IMG/VR virus record: IMGVR_UViG_2751185860_000001 | Span: 12,733-76,732 of that record | DNA: 64,000 nt | Direction: 5' to 3' (one strand) | Source of the DNA: a virus | Lineage: Duplodnaviria; Caudoviricetes | Part shown: piece by piece, positions 29,297 to 39,753 of the stretch | How positions within the stretch are numbered: the stretch's first letter is position 1 | Layout: each line of letters starts with the position of its first letter | Translations under genes and position numbers: made by a program | Notes under the pieces: model-generated | Told to the model about the DNA's origin: nothing | What the model saw: the letters and a program-made list of their open reading frames with translations, nothing else | The model's database searches: none

Positions 29297-31184
29297 TACA
29301 GGAGAAGGTTTTTTTTATTTTCATGCCAGTCAAGCATGCCAACCAGATCCTCCCTACACAGTTTCACAATGGGCAGATAAAAACCGTTATTTAAGTACAG
29401 TAGCCAGTGCTGAACCTGGATTATGGAGGACCAAACGTACCCCTTATTTACGGGAAATCATGGACAATCTTTCCTCTTACGTCCCAATTGAAAAAACAGT
29501 GGTGATGAAAGGTGCACAGATTGGTATGTCAGAGGCTGGCTTGAACTTTTGTGGTTATGCTATTCACCATAGTCCTGGTCCTGTTCTTTATGTGATGCCT
29601 ACAGTTGAGATGGCAAAGAAAGTATCTAAGACCCGTCTTGACCCTATGATTAAGGCCAGCCCTGCATTAAGCGAACGTATCTCTCCTGCCCGCGCTAGGG
29701 ATAGTGGGAATACAATGTTTTCGAAAGAATTTGATGGTGGGGTATTAATGCTTACAGGAGCCAATAGTGCTGCTGGCTTGCGATCAATGCCTATTCGTTA
29801 TTTGGTTCTTGATGAAATTGATGGCTATCCATTGAATGTTGATGGAGAAGGAGATCCTGTCAATCTTGCTGAAGCACGTACCGCAACTTTTATTCAACGA
29901 AAGATTTTTAAATTATCAACACCAACTCATCGTGACACAAGTCGTATAGCTAAAGATTTTGTCCTAGGAGATCAGAGATATTACAATATTCCTTGTGATG
30001 GATGTGGTACACTTCAACCCATTGTCTGGTCACAAATTAAATGGCCCAAAGGGGCTCCTGAACAGGCTGTATTTGTTTGTGCACATTGTGGTCATGAGCA
30101 TGCTGAGCACCGTAAGGAAGATTTATTATCTGAAGAAAGGGGTGCTTGTTGGATACCAACAAAAGAGCCAATTAGACCTCGTTTGCGCTCTTACCATATC
30201 TCAGCACTCTATTCACCTTGGATGACATGGGGAGAGTGTGCTCTCAAATTTTTAGAAGCTAAAAATGATCCTGCACTTTTACAGACTTTTGTTAACATCA
30301 TTCTAGGTGAACCATGGGAAGATAAATCAGGAGAAGTCATTGATCCAGATAGCTTGTATGCCCAACGTGAAGATTATCCTCTTGCCCCTGCCAAAGCAGT
30401 CCTCCTCACAGCAGGCGTTGACGTACAAAATGATCGCTTAGAACTTGAAGTTGTAGGTTGGGGACGTGGTGAAGAAAGTTGGAACATTGATTATCAAGTC
30501 TTCCCTGGTGATCCCTCTTCTCTAGACGTTTGGGATCAATTGGATGAGTATCTTCAAAAACGATGGCCCCATCCTGGTTTCAAAGACGGAATAGAAATAG
30601 CAGCTGCTTGTATTGATACAGGGGGTAACCATACACAAGCCGTTTACAATTATGTGCGTCCTCGTGAAGGTAGACGTATCTGGGGCATTAAAGGACATGC
30701 AGGATCGCGCCCTGTATGGCCACGTCGCCCCAGTAAAAACAACAAAGGACAGATTAATTTATATATCGTTGGTGTTGATTCAGCAAAAGATACCATCACA
30801 AGGCGCTTTAAAAAATCAGGTCCTGAAGCATCAGGAGCTGGTGCAACGCACTTTCATAAAAACCTTGATAGAGAATATTTTGAGCAACTCACTGCTGAAA
30901 AAAAGGTCATCAAATATTTCAAAGGTCATCAGCGGATAGAATGGCATAAAAGTGAAACAGCAAGAAATGAAGCTCTCGATTGTAGGGTTTATGCTTATGC
31001 TGCCTTACAGGGTCTGATTTTAGCAGGTCTCAATCTTAATAAAGAAGTCGACATCTTAGAAGAGCGTTTGAAAAACATTGAAACTTCTTCAACCACAGTA
31101 CCAAAAAGACTGAGACCAGAACCTGAAAAAAAACAAACCGTAATAAAAAGAAACCCTTATATGCAACGAGGTTGGGGATGGTAA
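29289..31184 (+). CDS. terL: Terminase large subunit, lambda gpA family
   Basis: KGAQIGMSE, LVLDEIDGY, NEALDCRVYA. Confidence 0.95.
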   Translation: MTDTGEGFFYFHASQACQPDPPYTVSQWADKNRYLSTVASAEPGLWRTKRTPYLREIMDNLSSYVPIEKTVVMKGAQIGMSEAGLNFCGYAIHHSPGPVLYVMPTVEMAKKVSKTRLDPMIKASPALSERISPARARDSGNTMFSKEFDGGVLMLTGANSAAGLRSMPIRYLVLDEIDGYPLNVDGEGDPVNLAEARTATFIQRKIFKLSTPTHRDTSRIAKDFVLGDQRYYNIPCDGCGTLQPIVWSQIKWPKGAPEQAVFVCAHCGHEHAEHRKEDLLSEERGACWIPTKEPIRPRLRSYHISALYSPWMTWGECALKFLEAKNDPALLQTFVNIILGEPWEDKSGEVIDPDSLYAQREDYPLAPAKAVLLTAGVDVQNDRLELEVVGWGRGEESWNIDYQVFPGDPSSLDVWDQLDEYLQKRWPHPGFKDGIEIAAACIDTGGNHTQAVYNYVRPREGRRIWGIKGHAGSRPVWPRRPSKNNKGQINLYIVGVDSAKDTITRRFKKSGPEASGAGATHFHKNLDREYFEQLTAEKKVIKYFKGHQRIEWHKSETARNEALDCRVYAYAALQGLILAGLNLNKEVDILEERLKNIETSSTTVPKRLRPEPEKKQTVIKRNPYMQRGWGW

Positions 31185-31187
31185 TCC

Positions 31188-31436
31188 ATGTATGAGAAAT
31201 CAAAGCAAATAAACTGGAAATATGAAAGACTTGCACAGCTTAAAAAACGACGAGAACAACTGGAAAATGCACTTTATTCAGGTGCGCAATCTGTGCGCCA
31301 CGGCGATAAGCAAGTCAATCATCGTTCGACTGAAGATATACGCAAAGCCCTTACAATGTTGACTGAGGAAATAGCCCTTCTTGAAGGATACAAGCCTTCA
31401 TATGTTTATTATCTTAACGCATCACGAGGCTATTAA
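31188..31436 (+). CDS. Head-tail joining protein, gpW-like
   Basis: 82 aa between terL and portal. Confidence 0.7.
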   Translation: MYEKSKQINWKYERLAQLKKRREQLENALYSGAQSVRHGDKQVNHRSTEDIRKALTMLTEEIALLEGYKPSYVYYLNASRGY

Positions 31437-32950
31437 TGGCAAATTCTCTTATGCATCAAGTCAATCATAACCCGCATTTTGAAGCAGCAAGCCGTAGCCG
31501 TCGATTGAGTGGATTTGATCCTGTCAAAAAACATATCAATAAAGCCGTTGAAGAATGTGGTGATACAATCGTCGCTCGTTCAAGATGGCTCTATGACAAT
31601 GAATGCCTTTACGGATCTGCAGCGGATGAATGGGTTTCAGCAGCAGTGAGTGATGGGATTAAGCCTTATCCTAAAATTGAAGGGTTTCAAGAAGAAAAGA
31701 AAAAGCTTCTTGATCTTTGGTGGCAATGGGTCGATGAGGCTGATTATGATGAAGATGCTAGCTTTTATGGCCTCCAAGAAATGATTGCTCGTGAGGTTTT
31801 TTTAACCGGTGAGTGTTTTGTAAGACTACATTATATCGATTTTTATGAGCGCTCACGTGTCCCGCTTCAATTGCAGATTTACCCCACAGAAATGCTGGAC
31901 TTGACTTATAACGGACCAGCAGACATTAAAGGCAACACCATTCGTATGGGAATTGAATTTAATGCAAAGGGCAAACGTGTTGCTTATCATTTTTGGAAGC
32001 GTCACCCTTACGATGATCATCAGGTAACTCAGGTATTTACAGATCAAGAGCGTGTTAGAATCCCTGCTGAAATGGTTATTCATATCAAAGAACCTCGCAT
32101 TGCAAAACAACTGCGTGGGTGCCCTAAAGCCACGCGTTGTATGACGAAACTCTTTCAGCTTGAATGCTATGACGATGCAGAAATTGAAAGAAAAAGAACT
32201 GCTGCTCTTTTTGCTGTCTTTATCACAGGATCAAATCCTGGTGATATGGCAGCACCAGGCAATCATGATGAAAACAAATCCGCAACATCCTCACAGGCAC
32301 CACCAGATCTTCCTATAACAGAACCTGGTGCAACACTTTATATGGGAGAGAATAGAGATATTAAATTCTCCAACCCTGTGGAAGTTGGAGGCTCTTATGA
32401 AGCCTTTCAATATCGCAATACTTTAAAAATTGCATCAGCTTTAGGCATACCTTATTCTGTTCTTACAGGTGATGTCACACGAGGGAACTTTTCTAATGTG
32501 CGCACATCTATTATTCAATTTAGACGTCAGGTTAAAAAATGGCGTGAACACATCATCGCCTTTCAGTTCAATCGCGTTGTCTGGGAACGCTTTGTTCAAT
32601 TGGCTGTGCTTGCTGGGTGTGTTGAATTACCAGGATGGGAAGAAAATCCCTTAGCATGGACCCAATGTGAAAGCTTTGCAGCCCCTCTTGAGATGATTGA
32701 TCCCAATAGAGATATTGCAGCTGAGAAAGAAGAAATCCGAGCAGGTTTAAAAACACGACGCATGGCACTTGCTGAGCGTGGTTTTGATATTGATACCATT
32801 AATGCAGAATTGGCAGAAGAGCAAAAATGCGCGCAGGCACTTGGATTATCATTCGACACAGATGGTGACAATCCTTCTACTGGTTTGAGTGACGCTGACG
32901 AACCTGATGAAAGTGATCTCAACAAAGAGGCGCATGAAGATGAAGAATAA
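31436..32950 (+). CDS. Portal protein, lambda family
   Basis: LTGDVTRGNFSNVR and IDPNRD motifs. Confidence 0.95.
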   Translation: MANSLMHQVNHNPHFEAASRSRRLSGFDPVKKHINKAVEECGDTIVARSRWLYDNECLYGSAADEWVSAAVSDGIKPYPKIEGFQEEKKKLLDLWWQWVDEADYDEDASFYGLQEMIAREVFLTGECFVRLHYIDFYERSRVPLQLQIYPTEMLDLTYNGPADIKGNTIRMGIEFNAKGKRVAYHFWKRHPYDDHQVTQVFTDQERVRIPAEMVIHIKEPRIAKQLRGCPKATRCMTKLFQLECYDDAEIERKRTAALFAVFITGSNPGDMAAPGNHDENKSATSSQAPPDLPITEPGATLYMGENRDIKFSNPVEVGGSYEAFQYRNTLKIASALGIPYSVLTGDVTRGNFSNVRTSIIQFRRQVKKWREHIIAFQFNRVVWERFVQLAVLAGCVELPGWEENPLAWTQCESFAAPLEMIDPNRDIAAEKEEIRAGLKTRRMALAERGFDIDTINAELAEEQKCAQALGLSFDTDGDNPSTGLSDADEPDESDLNKEAHEDEE

Positions 32951-33800
32951 TATTGATATGCCTTTTTTGGTTTCACGACTTTTTAATGTACCGCATATGC
33001 TTGTCCCTACAAAGTTTGATGTCATTCTCAACGCTATGACACCACGTCTTTTTGAGGGAGATAAATTTTCTCCTGGAGCATTTTCTCAAGAGGATTCCCT
33101 CTTGCAAACTCCCCCAGAGACTTATGTGGTTAAAAATCATGTGGCTATTCTTCCGGTTCATGGCACGCTTGTACGTCGTGGTGCATGGCTTAGTGCTGCG
33201 TCAGGATTAACCTCTTACAATGGTTTGCAGGCCTCTTTTCAAGAAGCCATTGAGCAACCTGATGTTCGTGCAATTCTATTGGATATTGATAGTGGTGGTG
33301 GTGAAGCAGGTGGTGTTTTTGATTTGGTTGATGCGTTTCGTGCGCTTTCACAACAATACAATAAACCCATCTGGGCACATGCCAATGAAATGGCCTGTTC
33401 AGCAGCTTATGCCATTGCTTGTGCAGCTTCTCAAATCTGGGTTGCACGCACGGGAATTGTTGGGTCAATTGGGGTTGTATGTGCTCACCTTGATCAGTCT
33501 CGTGCTGATGAAATGGACGGATATAAATGGACTTTTGTCTATGAAGGGGATCACAAAGTTCACGGAAATCCTCATGAGCCATTGGCTGATAAAGCCCTTG
33601 AAAAGATGCAAGCAGATTGTGCGCTTCTCTACGACATGTTTGTCGATTTAGTTGCACAAAATAGACCTACGAGTGCTCAAGCGATCCGAGACACGAAAGC
33701 AGAGACATTTATAGGCACTCAGGCTGTAGAGCTTGGGTTAGCAGATGCGCAAGGCACATTTGCACAAGCTTTGGAAGCTCTAACAGCTTCCATTCAATAA
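32940..33800 (+). CDS. S49 head maturation protease
   Basis: IDSGGGE, ACSAAYAIA, GSIGV. Confidence 0.95.
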   Translation: MKNNIDMPFLVSRLFNVPHMLVPTKFDVILNAMTPRLFEGDKFSPGAFSQEDSLLQTPPETYVVKNHVAILPVHGTLVRRGAWLSAASGLTSYNGLQASFQEAIEQPDVRAILLDIDSGGGEAGGVFDLVDAFRALSQQYNKPIWAHANEMACSAAYAIACAASQIWVARTGIVGSIGVVCAHLDQSRADEMDGYKWTFVYEGDHKVHGNPHEPLADKALEKMQADCALLYDMFVDLVAQNRPTSAQAIRDTKAETFIGTQAVELGLADAQGTFAQALEALTASIQ

Positions 33801-33835
33801 CCCCTGAATATGAAATCAATAAAGGAATTAAATAT

Positions 33836-34267
33836 ATGGTGAATCTATTACGTACAAGATATCGCGCCAAAGATGATGGTGAGCTTTCCGCACAATTGCC
33901 TGCAGGAGAGAAAAGCGAAAAAATTGAAGTTTCTACAGAAGTAAACGCTGTCGACATTGGTGTTAACGCTGAGGTCTTTAATGAAGACAAGGATGCAGGT
34001 ATTCAAGCGGCACTTGAACAAGAAAGAAAGCGTGCTCAGAGCTTTATGACTTTGGAAAAGCAAGCTCAGCGTTTAGGTGTTTCTTTTAATGCCGCACAAG
34101 CTATTCAAGATGGTATGAGCTTAGAGGAAGCAAAGAGCATCATTCTAGCTAATGCTACATCACAAAGCGAATCCTTAGTTGTATCGCCTTATGCACCCCA
34201 TCCGGAAGGAAACACTCAAGCAAATATTTATGCAAAATGGGATAAAGTTTGGAGTACAATACAATGA
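33836..34267 (+). CDS. Scaffold-like hypothetical protein
   Basis: Follows protease in the Nu3 position. Confidence 0.5.
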   Translation: MVNLLRTRYRAKDDGELSAQLPAGEKSEKIEVSTEVNAVDIGVNAEVFNEDKDAGIQAALEQERKRAQSFMTLEKQAQRLGVSFNAAQAIQDGMSLEEAKSIILANATSQSESLVVSPYAPHPEGNTQANIYAKWDKVWSTIQ

Positions 34268-34629
34268 GTAAAGTTTTTTATGAAGGCCCTCGTGATAGTG
34301 CTTATCTTGGGCGTTACAACCCTGACATGTCAAACGAGGAAGTGATCTTTGCAAAAGGATCTGAAGTCGCAGCGGGAACCGTTATGGGGCTCGTGACCAC
34401 AACGGGCAAATATGTGCCGTTTAATCCCGATGCGTCAGATGGCAGTGAAATTCCAGCAGGTATTTCTTATGCCAATGTTGATGTCTCACAAAGCGATCAA
34501 CGAGCAACGATTACAGTGCGTTTATGCACGGTAAAAGCATCTGAACTGATATGGCCTGAAAAAATTGATGAAGAGAAAAAGCAAACAGCCATTCAGATCT
34601 TAGAAAAAAATAACATTCTATTGCGATAG
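34264..34629 (+). CDS. Head decoration protein, gpD-like
   Basis: AGTVMG...YVPFNPDASDGSE. Confidence 0.85.
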   Translation: MSKVFYEGPRDSAYLGRYNPDMSNEEVIFAKGSEVAAGTVMGLVTTTGKYVPFNPDASDGSEIPAGISYANVDVSQSDQRATITVRLCTVKASELIWPEKIDEEKKQTAIQILEKNNILLR

Positions 34630-34642
34630 GAGACATACAAAT

Positions 34643-35719
34643 ATGGATATAAGTTTTTTTAATCACAACGCATTCTCAATGGCAACAATGATGAAAGCGA
34701 TTGAGAATTACGCGTTTAAACCTGATCTGATTGGTTCACTTAACCTTTTTGAGGAAGTTGAGACAAACAAGACAACAGTTGGCATTGAGAGACGTGACAA
34801 CAAATTATCACTCATTCCAACAAGTGAACGTGGTGCGCCTTTAATAGAAGCAGGTAGAGATAGTCGCAACGTTCGGTTTTTTCCAACAACACGTATTGCT
34901 AAAAGCGACACAATAAAGGCGGAAGAAATTCAAGACCGCCGAGAGTTTGGTACAGAAGACCAGCTTGAAACAGCGATGAAATTTATCGCTAAAAGGCAAA
35001 AGAATCTGATTGGGGAAATTGAACTGACCTGGGAAAATATGCAGCTTGGAGCTATTCAAGGTATTGTTCTCGATGCTGATGGATCAGTGCTTTATGATTG
35101 GTATAAGGAATGGGGGATCACACCACCAGAGCCTATTGATTTTAAACTAAATGAGGACACAACCGATGTTTCTTATATGGTTAATCAAATTCGCATCAAG
35201 ATGGTTAAAGCTTCAGGCAATACATTTTCCACTCGTTCACGAATTATTGGGTTTTGTGGAGATGAATTCTTTTTCAAGTTAAAAAATCACAAAACAATTC
35301 GTGAAACTTATCTCAACACATCTTTAGCACAAACATTAAATAGTACAGCAGGTATCGCAACGCCTGGAGCTATTGAATTAGGAAGCTTTGGAAGTTTTGA
35401 TTTTGCTGGTGCGACGTTTGTTAATTACTGCAACATTCATGATTATAATATGAATACTAAATCCAAGACAAAACGAAGCATAGGTATTAAGCCTGATGAA
35501 TGTCAATTTGTTCCTGTTAATGTGCCTGGTGTATTCCAAAAAACATTTGCTCCGGGTGAAAGTTGGAAGGTTGTTAATACAGTCGGTAAACCTCTTTATC
35601 CTACACTTGTTATAGATCGCGATAATGACGCGTGGGTGAGAGCTGAAGTATACAGTTATCCACTCTTCATTTGCGCGCGTCCTGAAATGCTCTTCAAAGC
35701 AGTTGTGAAAGCACAATAA
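34643..35719 (+). CDS. Major capsid protein, lambda gpE family
   Basis: PLFICARPE C-terminal motif; position. Confidence 0.9.
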   Translation: MDISFFNHNAFSMATMMKAIENYAFKPDLIGSLNLFEEVETNKTTVGIERRDNKLSLIPTSERGAPLIEAGRDSRNVRFFPTTRIAKSDTIKAEEIQDRREFGTEDQLETAMKFIAKRQKNLIGEIELTWENMQLGAIQGIVLDADGSVLYDWYKEWGITPPEPIDFKLNEDTTDVSYMVNQIRIKMVKASGNTFSTRSRIIGFCGDEFFFKLKNHKTIRETYLNTSLAQTLNSTAGIATPGAIELGSFGSFDFAGATFVNYCNIHDYNMNTKSKTKRSIGIKPDECQFVPVNVPGVFQKTFAPGESWKVVNTVGKPLYPTLVIDRDNDAWVRAEVYSYPLFICARPEMLFKAVVKAQ

Positions 35720-35720
35720 A

Positions 35721-36065
35721 ATGCAATGGCATGGGCTGCTCAGTCAAATGATTGAAGATGTACGTAACACTTTTGGGCAGCCCGTGATCTATACACGAAA
35801 AAAAACAGGGCAATCTTTTCATATCACAGCGATTTACAGCATTAAGCATGCTGAACAAGAAGCGGGGGGAAGAGTCAAAACAACAATCCCAAGGAAAGAA
35901 CTTGATATCTGCATCAACGATATTGGTGGAGTACAACCTGAACTCGGAGATCATATTGTTTTGCTTGCTTCCCAGGAGAATTTTTCTGTCGCAAATGTGC
36001 AAGCGTCGGAATCCAATATGTACAAGCTTATCCTACGCGAAGAATCTGTCGTAAACAGGAGCTAA
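35721..36065 (+). CDS. Head-tail joining protein (putative)
   Basis: Position after capsid. Confidence 0.55.
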   Translation: MQWHGLLSQMIEDVRNTFGQPVIYTRKKTGQSFHITAIYSIKHAEQEAGGRVKTTIPRKELDICINDIGGVQPELGDHIVLLASQENFSVANVQASESNMYKLILREESVVNRS

Positions 36066-36066
36066 G

Positions 36067-36588
36067 ATGCATCCACGAGATACATTAAGAGAGACGTTTG
36101 TTGAGTTGATCAAATCTGGCAAGACATCGGCTGGTGATGAAGTTTACAATATGCGAGACTTTAATTTTTTTAATGAAGAGCATCCGTTTGTTAATGTATC
36201 GACCCCAAACGAAACGATAGAAGATGGGCATGATTATGGAGCAAGACGACGTATTTTAACGGTTGATGTTGAATGCTATGACACGAGAGACAATGGAGCA
36301 CGCTTTGTTGATCAATTAGCCTGGGAAATAGAAACGATTTTCCATAGCAATCCCAGTCTCAACAACACAGTTGAAAACTGTCGCTTACAAAACATAGCCA
36401 TGGCTTTTGGTGATAACGGCTCCTTAGCATTGCATGGTTCCATTTTAACCTTTGAAGTCACTTATGTAACCAATATCCCTCCTGAAGAAGAAGGCGCTGT
36501 CTTTTTTGAACCTTGTGTAGGCTTTGATCCCGATACAGGGCCTAACAATGAGGATAAATATCAAACCACTGGAAATTCCCCATGTTAG
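36067..36588 (+). CDS. Tail completion/terminator protein (putative)
   Basis: Position; MHPR N-terminus. Confidence 0.55.
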   Translation: MHPRDTLRETFVELIKSGKTSAGDEVYNMRDFNFFNEEHPFVNVSTPNETIEDGHDYGARRRILTVDVECYDTRDNGARFVDQLAWEIETIFHSNPSLNNTVENCRLQNIAMAFGDNGSLALHGSILTFEVTYVTNIPPEEEGAVFFEPCVGFDPDTGPNNEDKYQTTGNSPC

Positions 36589-37319
36589 AGCGGCGTGATA
36601 GCGAAATCACAGATTTAAAAAGGCGTGTGGCCAATATGGTTATGGTGGGCAAGATTAGCCACGTTGATCATAAAAACGCACGCTATCGTGTTCAAAGCGG
36701 TCATATTGTAAGTGATTGGATTCCAGATACACAGGCCCGTGCAGGAAAAACTCGTTCCTATGAAGGACGTGATGTGGGTGAGCAAGTTATTGTCCTTTCC
36801 ACATCAGGTGATTTATCACAAGGGATGATTATTGGCTCTATTCATACAGATGCCAATCAAGCAGCTGATAAGGGCAATATCCATACAACCATATACCCTG
36901 ATGGCACAACGGTTGAATATGACGATGAGACAAGCACTTACTCATTGACGATTAAGTCAGAAGGCAAATTCATTTTAACGATATCCGACGGCGTTTCCAT
37001 GAAAGGTGAAGGAGGTGAATTAGAAATCACCGCTCCAGAGGGCATAAAGATTATTTCAGAAAGTGATATGACTTTAAAAGCAGATGGAAACATGACACTG
37101 GAGGCAGAGGGAGATGTTTCTATCAAATCAAGTGATGGGGTTTCTCTTGAGTCAGGCAGTCATATGTCCCTTAAATCAAGTAGTGGCACCTCTCTCAAAG
37201 CGGGTGGTGAGGTGTCTGTTAAATCAAGTGGGTTAAAGCATAATAGTGTTAACGTCGGAAGTGGCCATAAACACCCTGGTGTTACATCTGGTAATGCTAT
37301 GACGGGAGGCCCCATTTGA
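36582..37319 (+). CDS. Baseplate spike, gpV family
   Basis: OB-fold N-terminus, 8-aa beta repeats, HxH tip (HKH). Confidence 0.9.
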   Translation: MLERRDSEITDLKRRVANMVMVGKISHVDHKNARYRVQSGHIVSDWIPDTQARAGKTRSYEGRDVGEQVIVLSTSGDLSQGMIIGSIHTDANQAADKGNIHTTIYPDGTTVEYDDETSTYSLTIKSEGKFILTISDGVSMKGEGGELEITAPEGIKIISESDMTLKADGNMTLEAEGDVSIKSSDGVSLESGSHMSLKSSSGTSLKAGGEVSVKSSGLKHNSVNVGSGHKHPGVTSGNAMTGGPI

Positions 37320-37657
37320 GTGTAGGAATGAATTGTCAGACAGGCAAATCCATGGTCGGAGTTGATCACTTGCGTCAGTCCATCATAGATATTTTAACGA
37401 CACGGATAGGAACACGGGTTATGCGTCGTGATTATGGATCACGTGTTCTTGATCTGATTGATGATCCAGTCAATGAAACCTTTAAGGTTGCCATTTATGC
37501 AGCTGTTGCAGAGGCTTTAGATAGATGGGAGCCTCGTTTAAAGCTTCAACAAGTGAATTTAACTTCTGTTGAACCGGGAAAAGTTTCCATGTTTTTTGAA
37601 GGAATTTACATCCCTTCAGGAAAGCCAATCACTATGGAAGGATTGCAGATAGGATGA
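37316..37657 (+). CDS. Baseplate gpW/gp25 family
   Basis: ILTTRIGTRVMRRDYGS. Confidence 0.95.
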   Translation: MSVGMNCQTGKSMVGVDHLRQSIIDILTTRIGTRVMRRDYGSRVLDLIDDPVNETFKVAIYAAVAEALDRWEPRLKLQQVNLTSVEPGKVSMFFEGIYIPSGKPITMEGLQIG

Positions 37658-38478
37658 ATGAGGATTTCATAAAACCAGAAATCATTCCAGAGCTTTCTAT
37701 TGAAGAAATACGTGCTGCTTGTCTTGAGAGTTTAAAACAGCTTTTACCCAATTACACACCTTTGGAAAGTGATCCAGCGGTTAAAATCATTGAGGTTGCA
37801 AGTTACAGAGAGTTTTTATTAAGGCAGCGTATTAATGAGGCTGCACGCAACACTGTTCTTGATTTTGCAAAGGGGGAAGCTCTTGATGCTTTGGGTGAGT
37901 GGCATGGTGTTGAACGCTTAGAAGGTGAAAGCGATGACAACTATCGTGAACGCATTAAGCTTCGTGTACGGGCTGGTAAAGGGGGTGGAACAGAGCCTTA
38001 TTATAGGTATTTCGCCTTATCAGCAGATAATCGTGTGAAGGATGCGGTCATTTATCGAAAAGGAAGAAATCCTACCATTCACGTGGCTATTTTTGGCAAG
38101 AATGAGCAAGGAACAGCGAGTGAGGAATTATTACAAAGAGTCAAAGAAGTGCTGACGGATAAAAGTGTGATTATGACCAATGATACCATTGAAGTTCACG
38201 CTGCAGTGACAAAGGTTTTAGATTTAGAAGCAGATGTTTGGCTCTTACCTGAAATCTCTTTAGAGATCTTAACCCAAATGGAAGCAAATTTACGGGCAGC
38301 TTGGAAGAAAGAGCAAGCCCTTGGTCGTGAGTTGAGTTCATCATGGTGGATTTCAAAACTGATGATCCCTGGTGTGCAAAAAGTCATTGCTGTTAACCCA
38401 ACAAATGATATTGCCGTCTCCAGTGAAGAGGTTTTAGCCATTGGTAAAGTAACACTCAATTTCAAAGGGCGTCTATAG
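37654..38478 (+). CDS. Baseplate J-like protein
   Basis: ESDP...AKGEALD...ESDDNYRERI. Confidence 0.9.
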   Translation: MNEDFIKPEIIPELSIEEIRAACLESLKQLLPNYTPLESDPAVKIIEVASYREFLLRQRINEAARNTVLDFAKGEALDALGEWHGVERLEGESDDNYRERIKLRVRAGKGGGTEPYYRYFALSADNRVKDAVIYRKGRNPTIHVAIFGKNEQGTASEELLQRVKEVLTDKSVIMTNDTIEVHAAVTKVLDLEADVWLLPEISLEILTQMEANLRAAWKKEQALGRELSSSWWISKLMIPGVQKVIAVNPTNDIAVSSEEVLAIGKVTLNFKGRL

Positions 38479-38480
38479 TA

Positions 38481-39752
38481 ATGCTTGGGTGCTTACTTCC
38501 AACAAATACAACACAATTTGAAAAGCGCCTTGCCGATGCTTGTGACTTTCATAAAGACATTGAAGATTCAATCAATTTTATCTCTCGTGCAAAGCTTGAT
38601 ATCATAGACCCAAGCTTCTTGCCATGGTTGGTTGAAGAATATGGGCTTGGAGAACTAACATCTTATGTTCCGGATTTCTCTGTTTTGCTTGAAACGGGAC
38701 CGGAATGGCAGCGGGTACGTGGATCTTTAGCGGCTATTGATAAAGGGCTTGAATGGTTAGATCTGAATGCACATTTCGTAGGAGCATGGCCAGAGCGAAA
38801 ATGGTGGAATTCATTCCAGCTTTATTTTGATCAATTGCCTGATACAGACAAACTTAAAGCTATTGAAGGGATCGTTAAGCTTTCTGAATGTTTGCGCTCT
38901 GATCTTTGGCGTGGTATTCATGGTTATGACGCTCCCATTGTAGAAGGGAATATATCTCGCTTAGATGACAGCATGTTTGACTCTCAAAGTGGTGTGTGCG
39001 TGACAGAAAGCGGCACAGTATTTTCCTTTGGGCGTTCTAAAGAAATAAGCCTCACTTTAACTGAAGAAGACGGAAAGTTCATTGGCAATTGGATTGATGA
39101 TCAAGAAGAGCTCGTTTGGGAAGGTTTAGATTATCCATGGGATAGAGCAAATTTCCCTTGGGAGTCAGCGCAAATAAGTGAGCATGATGTATTGATAGCA
39201 TCTCAGTTTAAGGATCGTTCCCTTTATAATGAAAATGATGAACTTATTGACAATTGGATTGATGATGAGAATGAGGAGTTCAGTTGGAAAAGTTTAGATT
39301 ATCCATGGGATGAAGCAAATGTTCCTTGGGTATCAGATCAAAAAAATGGGCGCGATATATTGATGGCGAATTGGTTTAAAGATCGCACCCTTTATCTGGC
39401 TTTAAGAGATAACAATAATAAGCTGATTGGTTATCGAAGATGTAACATTGTCCAGCAAGTGACAAGAGTTTCAGATGGAGTTTACAGTTATTCAGGTCAT
39501 CGCTTTACACCCTTTATAAAGGGTACAAAAGTTTTGCTTGCAGCACGAACACAGTTTGATGATATCAACGATAAACAAGCAGCGTTTGTTTCCGTTTTCG
39601 TGCATGCGGCTCCTGCAAAACATATCTCGCCTGGCAAACTATGGTTAGAGCCTGATGAGCTTATTGATGGCGTGGAGATTCTCAAAACCCCTGTCTCTCT
39701 ATCTTTACGTAAAGACGTTCGTGAACAATTCAAAATTTTATTGAGGTTTTAA
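38481..39752 (+). CDS. Baseplate/tail protein, gpI-like, with internal duplication
   Basis: LLPTNTTQFE...FLPWL N-terminus; duplicated NWIDD...LDYPWD unit. Confidence 0.75.
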   Translation: MLGCLLPTNTTQFEKRLADACDFHKDIEDSINFISRAKLDIIDPSFLPWLVEEYGLGELTSYVPDFSVLLETGPEWQRVRGSLAAIDKGLEWLDLNAHFVGAWPERKWWNSFQLYFDQLPDTDKLKAIEGIVKLSECLRSDLWRGIHGYDAPIVEGNISRLDDSMFDSQSGVCVTESGTVFSFGRSKEISLTLTEEDGKFIGNWIDDQEELVWEGLDYPWDRANFPWESAQISEHDVLIASQFKDRSLYNENDELIDNWIDDENEEFSWKSLDYPWDEANVPWVSDQKNGRDILMANWFKDRTLYLALRDNNNKLIGYRRCNIVQQVTRVSDGVYSYSGHRFTPFIKGTKVLLAARTQFDDINDKQAAFVSVFVHAAPAKHISPGKLWLEPDELIDGVEILKTPVSLSLRKDVREQFKILLRF

Positions 39753-39753
39753 T

